Below the pieces are notes generated by a model. The model had not been told where the DNA came from, searched no databases, and saw only the letters and a list, made by a program, of their open reading frames with translations. Positions 16,188-23,413 of a stretch of DNA of 34,702 bases are shown piece after piece. Within the stretch, counting starts at the first letter, position 1; each line of letters opens with the position of its first letter. The translations under genes and the position numbers were made by a program. Origin of the DNA: Acidobacteriota bacterium (GTDB taxonomy: Bacteria > Acidobacteriota > Vicinamibacteria > Fen-336); contig JBKPBQ010000624.1 of NCBI GenBank assembly GCA_046726955.1, positions 1-34,702 of the forward strand, in the 5' to 3' direction.

Positions 16188-16682
16188 ATGGCGTCCGTGG
16201 CCCGGGCCGCCGCCACCCTCCGCACCGCCGAGCTCGCGCGCCTCGCCGAGGTCAGCGCGGACACGCTTCGCCACTACGAGAAGAAGGGACTCCTGCCTCG
16301 GGCGCGCCGGTCCGCGAACGGCTACCGCGAGTACCCGCGCGAGGCCGCCGCCCGCGTGCGTCTGGTGCGCCGCGCCGTGGCCCTCGGCTTCTCCCTCGGC
16401 GAGGTCGCGCGCATCCTCGCCGTCCGCGACCGCGGGGGCGTTCCTTGCCGCTCCGTGCGCGCGCTCGCCGCGGAGAAGCTCGCCCTCGTCGAGCGCCGGC
16501 TCGCCGAGCTCGAGGTCGCGCGCGAGGCCCTCCGCGCGGTGCTCCAGAGGTGGGATGCCCTTCTCGCCGCGGCCCCGGATGGAGAGCGCGTCGGCCTCCT
16601 GGAAGCGCTCGACGGGGTGGTCGTCCCGGGAACGCCCTCGCCCTTCCTGCCTCCCCCACTGCGGAACAAGCGCGCGCGGTAG
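16188..16682 (+). CDS. MerR-family transcriptional regulator
   Basis: 'LRTAELARLAEVSADTLRHYEKKGLLPRARRSANGYREY' is the MerR wHTH. The coiled-coil 'KLALVERRLAELEVAREAL' follows. ATG lies 1 nt after the upstream stop. Confidence 0.88.
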   Translation: MASVARAAATLRTAELARLAEVSADTLRHYEKKGLLPRARRSANGYREYPREAAARVRLVRRAVALGFSLGEVARILAVRDRGGVPCRSVRALAAEKLALVERRLAELEVAREALRAVLQRWDALLAAAPDGERVGLLEALDGVVVPGTPSPFLPPPLRNKRAR

Positions 16683-16759
16683 TGTGACGCACCGGAAGTC
16701 GTGTGGTTCCTAGGCGCGCGCGCCTCGCTGTAGCGCGCGACTGTACGATGAATGCCGAT

Positions 16760-16789
16760 GGCGAGCGCGGCGCTTGCGCCGGGCTCGCC
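16760..16789. terminator. GC-rich hairpin between convergent genes (candidate bidirectional terminator, no U-tract)
   Basis: GGCGAGCGCGGCGC-TT-GCGCCGGGCTCGCC gives 13 of 14 positions complementary. It lies between the merR-like stop (16682) and the stop of the minus-strand GH gene (16854). Confidence 0.35.
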
Positions 16790-16853
16790 CAGGCCGGAGC
16801 GCGCGCGCGAGTGCCGCGCGCCCCCGCCGGCACACGACTTCAGTTGCGAGCCA

Positions 16854-18113
16854 TCAAGCGCCCCGTACTGCGCGGCGGAACACGTCGAGGTAGCTCATCC
16901 CATAGCCGGAGTAGGCGAAGCCCTGCGTGTACGCGTCGCCCGAAGCGCTGTCGTCGCGGGCCGTCGCAGGAGCGACGGCGAGCGGCTCCACCGCCGTGTC
17001 CTCGCTCCACTCGTTCCACGACGTGAGGAACATCATGGGAAGCGCGGGATCGACCTCGGGAAGCGTGAAGCGCGTGATCCACTCGGTGAGGAACGTCCCG
17101 TCGCCCGCCCCCGGCGACCACTCGCGCGGGATCGCGTAGTGGTTCTCCTCCGGACGCACCCCGCGGTCGTTGTACCCGGGGAAGGCGAGGGGGACGACGG
17201 GCTTTCCCCCCTGCGCACGATAGGCGCCGTAGAGCGCGTGCGCGTCGGCGAGGAGGGTGCTCGTGGCGCCGTAACCGGCCTGGCTCGGCAGCTTGTGGTT
17301 GTAGAGGTTGTAGCTGGTCAGGGCGTCGAAGAGGTCGATCCGCGGGCGCTGCGGCTCCGTCGTGAAGTCCGTGTTGTCGTAGCGCACCACCTTCCAGAAG
17401 ACCTCGTCCCCGATCACGTAGGGGTCGAACCCGAGCGTGCTCATCCGCTCGCGGTAGCGCGCCATCGCCTCCTGGAACCGTCCGACGGCGCTGCGGGTGA
17501 TGTAGTAGACGACGACGGGCCGCCCTCCTCGCCGCAGGTACCGGGGGTGCGCGAAGTAGCGGACCGCGATCTCCTCCTGGTCGGCGAGGAAGCGCTCCAC
17601 CGTGGCCGCGTCGAAGAACGTGCGCCCGGTGTCGGGGTCGTATCCGAGCCCTCCCAGCTCGTAGAAGACGCAGAAGCGGATCTGGCCGAGGTTACGCGCG
17701 GAGAGGAGCGACGTGTCGATCCGCGCATTCCGTTCCGGGACCCCCGGCCACCAGTCGAGCGTGAAGAAGTCGATCCCCGCGTGCACCGCCCACGCGATGT
17801 GCTGCTCCGCGACCGAAGCCGACGCCGACGAGTACTCCCCGAGCATCGGCTGCTGGCCGGGAAGGAGCCGCGCGCGCAGGTACTGGCCGCCCTCGAAGTT
17901 GTCGGGGAACCAGAGGTAGTAGTGCGCGCCTACGAGGAGCCGGCCGCTGTCGGGGGTCGGCGCCGGCTCCGGCGCGGTCGTCGGTCCCTCCGAGGCGCAC
18001 GACGACAGAAGGAGCGACGAGACGCCGAGACCGGCGACCGACCGGACGCCCTGCTCGAGGAAGCGACGGCGACTGACTGCGGGTTCCGCCTTCTTACACA
18101 CCAAGCTGCACAA
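16854..18113 (-). CDS. GH99 / WbsX-like glycoside hydrolase-fold protein, Tat-signal lipoprotein
   Basis: 'SRRRFLEQGVRSVAGLGVSSLLLSSC' combines a twin-arginine motif with a lipobox. 'GAHYYLWF' and 'LTSWNEWSEDTAVEP' resemble GH99/WbsX-family motifs. The start is uncertain: TTG 18113 or GTG 18101. Confidence 0.65.
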   Translation of the reverse strand: MCSLVCKKAEPAVSRRRFLEQGVRSVAGLGVSSLLLSSCASEGPTTAPEPAPTPDSGRLLVGAHYYLWFPDNFEGGQYLRARLLPGQQPMLGEYSSASASVAEQHIAWAVHAGIDFFTLDWWPGVPERNARIDTSLLSARNLGQIRFCVFYELGGLGYDPDTGRTFFDAATVERFLADQEEIAVRYFAHPRYLRRGGRPVVVYYITRSAVGRFQEAMARYRERMSTLGFDPYVIGDEVFWKVVRYDNTDFTTEPQRPRIDLFDALTSYNLYNHKLPSQAGYGATSTLLADAHALYGAYRAQGGKPVVPLAFPGYNDRGVRPEENHYAIPREWSPGAGDGTFLTEWITRFTLPEVDPALPMMFLTSWNEWSEDTAVEPLAVAPATARDDSASGDAYTQGFAYSGYGMSYLDVFRRAVRGA

Positions 18114-18132
18114 TCCACACGCGGACGGCCAC

Positions 18133-18169
18133 CCGAAGGGGACGAGGCACGGCCTGACGGCCCCTTCGG
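18133..18169. other. Perfect 9-bp inverted repeat (CCGAAGGGG / CCCCTTCGG) with a nested 4-bp stem; RNA stem-loop 20 nt upstream of the GH start
   Basis: The arms are 18133-18141 and 18161-18169. The inner pair AGGC/GCCT lies at 18145-48 and 18152-55. The repeat sits between two co-oriented minus-strand genes. Confidence 0.4.
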
Positions 18170-18332
18170 TGCGCCCCCTCCGGCTCGCCCCACAGCCAGC
18201 AAGCGATATGCCACCACGGCCTCCCTAGAGAGAGTCCGTCCCCGAGAAGTGGCGGCGAGTGGTCCTCTCGACCTGCGGCGAGACGAGGGATGCAGAACGC
18301 GAGCTTCGTCCGACGCGCGCACGCCGTCGGGC

Positions 18333-18680
18333 CTATCTCCTGGCCGTGAACCCCGCGGCCAGTCCCCAGAGCCCGATCACGAGATTGACTGCCATCGCCA
18401 CGGTGCCCTGGTTCAGGGGAATTCCGGCAAGCTGATTGACGCCGGCCGCGTTCAGGACGCCCATCGCGAGGTTCACGACGCCCAGGGCCTTGGCCCCGGT
18501 GGCCTGCGCGCCGGGAGCACCCTGGAAGCCGAGGTAGCTGGCGGCGAGGCCGGAAAGCACGTTCACGATGTTCCCGCCGGTTCCCGCGCCCAGGGCTCCC
18601 GCGAGCGCGGGCACGGTGGCGCCCCCGGCACCGAGCAATGCCTGGAGCGGACCGGCGATCTTCAAGAAGGCGTCGAGCAT
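18333..18680 (-). CDS. Small Gly/Ala-rich hydrophobic (glycine-zipper-like) membrane protein
   Basis: ATG 18680 is preceded by a strong RBS, GGAGGAGGGAG. The 115-aa product is 'MLDAFLKIAGPLQALLGAGGATVPALAGALGAGTGGNIV...LVIGLWGLAAGFTARR', with repeated small-xxx-small motifs. The N-terminal extension in the ORF track (to 18809) is R/P-rich and unlikely to be real. Confidence 0.6.
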   Translation of the reverse strand: MLDAFLKIAGPLQALLGAGGATVPALAGALGAGTGGNIVNVLSGLAASYLGFQGAPGAQATGAKALGVVNLAMGVLNAAGVNQLAGIPLNQGTVAMAVNLVIGLWGLAAGFTARR

Positions 18681-19092
18681 CTCCCTCCTCCTTCTGCCGG
18701 GTGGTGCGGGTGAAACGCCCCTTCTCTTAGTAGTGGCCGCAGGGTCGGGTCTATGGGGCCTTGGTCCTACGAACGTCACCGCGGACGGGAACCGCCCAGA
18801 CACGGCCACACTTCGCCGAGCGGAGCTGCATCAAAGGGCAGCCCCCGCTGGCCCGAAAGGTCGATTGACGCGTCCCGAACCGCTGCCGATCATCGTTGAC
18901 CTCCGACATATCATCGCGGGCGATGCTGGGCGCGGACGACTCCTATCTGAGCCGCGACGACGACGAGGGCGCATTGGCGGATCGCCACATCGATTTCCGC
19001 GGTTCCTGATCGGAAGCGCGTACTACCGGTAGCGGGATTGTCATCGCATCGGCTCACCATGGGGGCCCCGCGCCGGAGGATGGAGGGCTCGT

Positions 19093-20570
19093 ATGCCGAC
19101 ACCGAATGGCGTCATGATGCAGTACTTCCACTGGTACGTCCCCTCTGACGGAGGCCTCTGGAAGGAGGCGGCCAAGCACGCTCGGGAGCTGGCGGCAGCC
19201 GGAGTCACGGGAGTCTGGTTCCCCCCGCCTACAAGGGGATCGGGGGCGGGAGCGACGTCGGCTACGGGGTCTACGACATGTACGACCTCGGGGAGTTCGA
19301 CCAGAAGGGCTCGGTGCGTACGAAGTACGGCACGAAGGAGGAGTACGTCGAGGCGATCAAGGCCATGCAGAAGCACGGCATCCAGGTCTACGCCGACGTC
19401 GTGCTCAACCACCGGATGGGGGCCGACGAGCCCGAGGTCATGAAGGCGACCCCTTACCCGATCGACGACCGCCGCGCCCCCAAGGGCCCCATGCGCGACA
19501 TCAAGGCCTGGACCCATTTCAGCTTCGGCGGCCGCAAGAAGAAGTACTCGCCGTTCGAGTGGCACTGGCAGCATTTCGAGGGCGTCGACCACGACGACCT
19601 GAACCCCGGCGACACGAGCTCGGTCTACCTCTTCGAGGGCCACCAGTTCGACGACCAGGTGGACATGGAGAAGGGAAACTTCGCGTACCTCATGGGCGCG
19701 GACATCGACTTCCAGAACCCGGACGTCCAGAACGAGATCATCGCCTGGGGGAAGTGGTACCTCGAGACCACGGGGGTCGACGGCTTCCGCCTCGACGCGC
19801 TCAAGCACATCTCGTCGTGGTTCTTCCCGAAGTGGCTCGACGAGATGGAGGCCTTCGCGAAGAAGGATCTCTTCGTGGTCGGCGAGTACTGGGCCTCCGA
19901 CACCGACACGCTCCTCCATTACCTCGACAAGGAGGGCGGGCGCATGACCGTCTTCGGCGTGCCCCTCCACTACCACTTCCACTACGCGAGCCGCCAGAGC
20001 GGCAACTACGACATGCGGCACATCATCGACGGCACGCTCATGCAGCAGCGGAGCCGCGACGTAGTGACCTTCGTCGACAACCACGACTCGCAGCCGCTGC
20101 AGGCGCTCGAGTCCTGCGTCGAGCCCTGGTTCAAGCCGCTCGCCTACGCCACCATCCTCCTTCGCAAGGAGGGATATCCCTGCATCTTCTACCCCGACTA
20201 CTACGGCGCCGAGTACGAGGACTACGGCCACGACGGCAAGAAGTACAAGATCACGATGCCCTCGCACCGCTTCCTGATCGACAAGTTCCTCCACGCTCGC
20301 AAGCACCACGGCTTCGGGCCCCAGGTCGATTATCTCGACCACCCGAACCGGGTGGGCTGGGTGCGGCTGGGCGACAACAAGCACCCGAAGCCGATGGCCG
20401 TGCTCATGAGCGACGGGCCGGAGGGGACGAAGTGGATGGAGGTCGGCTACGAGAACACGAAGTTCGTGGACATGACCGAGCAGGTGAAGGAGCCGGTGGT
20501 CACGAACGACTCGGGCTGGGGCGAGTTCCGCTGCAATGGGGGGCAGGTGTCCGTCTGGGTGCCCGCTTGA
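19093..20570 (+). pseudogene. amyA: Cytoplasmic GH13 alpha-amylase (E. coli AmyA / Bacillus liquefying-amylase type), interrupted by a 1-nt loss at C-run 19221-19226
   Basis: The N-terminus 'NGVMMQYFHWYVPSDGGLWKE...GVTGVWFPP' is in frame 1. 'AYKGIGGGSDVGYGVYDMYDLGEFDQKGSVRTKYG...' continues in frame 0. The catalytic motifs 'DGFRLDALKHI', 'VGEYW' and 'FVDNHDSQP' are intact. There is no signal peptide. The 1478-nt length is one nt short of a multiple of 3. Confidence 0.85.
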
Positions 20571-20659
20571 CCTCCCTGATCGAGGTCCAGAAGAAGCCCG
20601 ACGGCAAGCTGCTCCTGCGCGGCCAGAAGCAGCTGAAGTGCATGCAGGTCGCGCAGTAG
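20567..20659 (+). CDS. Candidate 30-codon micro-ORF (MTSLIEVQKKPDGKLLLRGQKQLKCMQVAQ)
   Basis: Every sense codon I read after the start ends in G or C. The composition is K/Q-rich, unlike the R/P/G-rich spurious ORFs of this genome. TTG 20567 overlaps the amylase stop (GCTTGA). The RBS is weak. Confidence 0.3.
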   Translation: MTSLIEVQKKPDGKLLLRGQKQLKCMQVAQ

Positions 20660-20705
20660 CTCCGGAACAACGTAGACGTCAGCGTCCTTTGGGGTATTGG
20701 ACGGC

Positions 20706-23396
20706 CTAGGGCTGTAGCTCCGAGGTGACGACGGCGCCGCCCATCTGGGGGATCGTGGCCGCCGTCTTCACCACCTTGCGGCTGTCCTTCGCGACCCAGA
20801 TCGTCATCTGCCCGGGCTCGCCCTCCGCGGACGTGACCTCGACCTTCCAAGCCTGGAAGGTCCCGGCGGGCACCGTGACCGATTCCGTCCCCGCCACCTT
20901 CGCCTGCTTGAGCTGGACCTTCTGCTGTCGGACGTCGAAGTTCCGGAAGGACGTCGAGTAGCCCTCGGCGAGGGGCAGGGAGGCGATGGCGTCGCTCGTG
21001 GCGATGCCGTCGGCGAAGAGCTCGCCGCCGAGGTCCACGGAGACCGGCTTGGGATCGCCGCCCATGGCCATCGTCCCCGTCGCCTTGCCCCCCGCGAAGG
21101 CGAGCTCGATCGTGGCGGGGCCCTGCTTGACCGAGCGCTTCTGCGCGACGAGCGTCGCCTTGTCGAGCGTCGTGACGTCGGTGGCGTCGCCCATGGGGAG
21201 CGACGCCGTCCCCGTGATCACCCAGCTTCCGCCCTGCTCCTCGATCGTCTGCGTCGTGGACATCGGGATCGTCTGTCCGCCCGCCTCGATCTTTCCGCTG
21301 TAGGTGGACTTCCCCGCGACCAGGGGGAAGGCGATCTTCGGAACGCCCACGGCGCTCGCGTCCGCCGCCTTGGCGAGGACCACCGTCTTCGGATCGACCG
21401 TGATGTCGGCGAGCCGCTTGCCGACCTCCGGGGTCATGCTCTCCTGGACGCGCCCACCGAGGTGCTTCGCGAAGAACTTCTCGGACGCCGCCCACAGCGC
21501 CATGCTGTTCACCGGCCGCTGGAAGCCGTGCCCCTCGTCGGGAGCGAGGATGTACTCCACCGGGAAGCCGCGGTCGCGGAGGGCGACCACGATCTGCTCC
21601 GACTCGGCCTTCTTCACGCGCGGGTCGTTCGCGCCCTGGGCCACGAGGAGCGGCGTCTTGATCTTCTGGGCCGCCGTGAGCGGCGACTGTCGCACGAGCT
21701 GGGCCTTGCCCTCCGGCGTCTTCGGGTTGCCCATCCGCTCGTAGAAGATCGTCCGGCCCGCCTCCCAGTAGGGCGGGATCGAGTCGAGGAGCGTGATCAG
21801 GTTCGAGGGTCCGACGATCGACACCGCGCCCGTGTAGAGGTCGGGCGTGAACGCGACGCCGGCGAGCGTCGCGTACCCGCCGTAGGAGCCGCCCATGATC
21901 CCCACGCGCTTGGGGTCGGCGATGCCCTGGGCGACGAGGTACTTCACGCCCCAGGTGAGGTCGTCCTGCATCTTGTCGCCCCACTGCCGGTTGCCCGCGT
22001 TCAGGAACTTCTTGCCGTAGCCCGTGGAGGCGCGGAAGTTCGGCTGCAGGACCGCGTAGCCGCGGTTGGCCAGGAACTGCGCGAGGTTGTCGAAGCCCCA
22101 GTGGTCGCGCGCCCACGGGCCGCCGTGGGGAAGCACGATCGCCGGGAGGTTCTTCCCGGCGACGCCCTTGGGGAGAGTCAGGAAGGCCGGGATCTCGAGG
22201 CCGTCCGAAGACGAATACCGCACCGGCTTCATCTCCGCCATGTGCTCGCGGGGGATGCGCTCGCGCACCTTGTACTGGAGCGTCAGCTTCTTGGTGTCGC
22301 GGTCGAAGAGATAGCGCTCGCCGGGATCGGTGTCGCTCGTCACGGTGACGAGGACGCGCTTCGAGTCGGCGGTCTGCGAGCCGAGCGCTATGTCCTTGCC
22401 CGCGAACTTCGACCGCAGGAGGTCGTAGTCCGCCTTCCAGGCCGGATCGCGGAAGTAGACGCGCGCCCGCTCGTCGTCGTACGAGGTCCCCACGAGCTCG
22501 TCCGTGGCCTGGGAGAAGATCGCGCTCCCGAAGTCCACCCGCTTCTCCGGGTCCGACTCCACGAGCTCCTCCTGGCCCGTCTCGGGATCGAAGAGCACGA
22601 GCCGCGAGAGGTCCGCGTCGCCCCGGTTCGTGTCCAGGTAGACCCGGCGTCCGTCCGGATGGAAGCGGTCGGTGTTGCAGCTCTCGAAGACCGAGCACGT
22701 GTAGACGGTCTTGAAGCCCTCGGGCTCGACCTTCAGGATCTCGGTGTCCCCGTTGTCGGCCACCCGCTGGGCGAGCCGCAAGCGGCCCTCGAGGTCGAAG
22801 TCCCAGCCCGCGATCCGCTCCGTGTTCTTGCGGACGAGCTCGCGCTTCCCGGTGGAGATCGTGACCTTGTAGACGTCGTGCCAGGCGGCGTCGCGGTCGT
22901 TGAGGCCCACGTAGATCGTGTCCGGCTGCTTGCGGGGCACCGCGTAGATGAAGGCGCGCGCGCCCTTGGCGTCCGTCACGTTCCGGGAGGCGGGCGCCTC
23001 GCTGCCCGCCGCGTTGGGCGCCTTCGGATCGACCGCCCACACGTTGAAGTTCTCGTCGCCGTCGTTGTCCTTCACGTAGAGGACGAGCCGGCTGTCGCGC
23101 GACCAGAAGAAGTTCGGGATCGGGCGCTTGGTCTCCGAGGTCAGGAGGCGCGCGCTCTCGAACGGCTCCGCCGTCTTCTTCACGTAGATGTTTCGGGTGT
23201 CCTTCCAGGGCTTCAGGAACGCGATGTACTCGCCGTCCGGGGAGAGCTGGGCGGCGGCGATCTCGGGGTTGCCGAAGAAGAGCTCGCGGTCGAGGAGCGG
23301 GGGAAGGTCGGCCCGGGCCGCGGTCGCCCCCAGGGGGGCGGCGATGGCGAGGGCGAGGAGGGGAATTCGGGCCAGGGATGGGACCAGTCGGGGCAT
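20706..23396 (-). CDS. S9-family prolyl oligopeptidase / dipeptidyl aminopeptidase-like serine peptidase with an extra C-terminal domain of about 240 aa
   Basis: An AAGGAG RBS precedes ATG 23396. The signal peptide is 'LLALAIAAPLGATAARA'. An N-terminal beta-propeller region follows. The catalytic motifs are 'GGSYGGYAT' (Ser), 'AQGANDPRV' (Asp) and 'DEGHGF' (His). A beta-rich tail follows, ending in 'VPAGTFQAWKVEV...TIWVAKDSRKVVK'. Confidence 0.88.
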   Translation of the reverse strand: MPRLVPSLARIPLLALAIAAPLGATAARADLPPLLDRELFFGNPEIAAAQLSPDGEYIAFLKPWKDTRNIYVKKTAEPFESARLLTSETKRPIPNFFWSRDSRLVLYVKDNDGDENFNVWAVDPKAPNAAGSEAPASRNVTDAKGARAFIYAVPRKQPDTIYVGLNDRDAAWHDVYKVTISTGKRELVRKNTERIAGWDFDLEGRLRLAQRVADNGDTEILKVEPEGFKTVYTCSVFESCNTDRFHPDGRRVYLDTNRGDADLSRLVLFDPETGQEELVESDPEKRVDFGSAIFSQATDELVGTSYDDERARVYFRDPAWKADYDLLRSKFAGKDIALGSQTADSKRVLVTVTSDTDPGERYLFDRDTKKLTLQYKVRERIPREHMAEMKPVRYSSSDGLEIPAFLTLPKGVAGKNLPAIVLPHGGPWARDHWGFDNLAQFLANRGYAVLQPNFRASTGYGKKFLNAGNRQWGDKMQDDLTWGVKYLVAQGIADPKRVGIMGGSYGGYATLAGVAFTPDLYTGAVSIVGPSNLITLLDSIPPYWEAGRTIFYERMGNPKTPEGKAQLVRQSPLTAAQKIKTPLLVAQGANDPRVKKAESEQIVVALRDRGFPVEYILAPDEGHGFQRPVNSMALWAASEKFFAKHLGGRVQESMTPEVGKRLADITVDPKTVVLAKAADASAVGVPKIAFPLVAGKSTYSGKIEAGGQTIPMSTTQTIEEQGGSWVITGTASLPMGDATDVTTLDKATLVAQKRSVKQGPATIELAFAGGKATGTMAMGGDPKPVSVDLGGELFADGIATSDAIASLPLAEGYSTSFRNFDVRQQKVQLKQAKVAGTESVTVPAGTFQAWKVEVTSAEGEPGQMTIWVAKDSRKVVKTAATIPQMGGAVVTSELQP

Positions 23397-23413
23397 TGGA
23401 GGGTCTCCTTCGA

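Noticed and set aside
18681-18809. The N-terminal extension of the small membrane-protein ORF as given in the ORF track (158 aa, starting at 18809).
   Set aside because: The extension is Arg/Pro-rich ('PRPHRPDPAATTKRRGVSPAPPGRRRRE') and lacks an RBS. The internal ATG at 18680 has a near-perfect Shine-Dalgarno sequence.
20656-20722. A 9-nt direct repeat, GTAGCTCCG, at 20656-20664 and 20714-20722, flanking the amyA/S9 convergent gap.
   Set aside because: One copy spans the micro-ORF stop and the other lies inside the last codons of the S9 peptidase. It is short and has no associated mobile-element features, so it is most likely chance.
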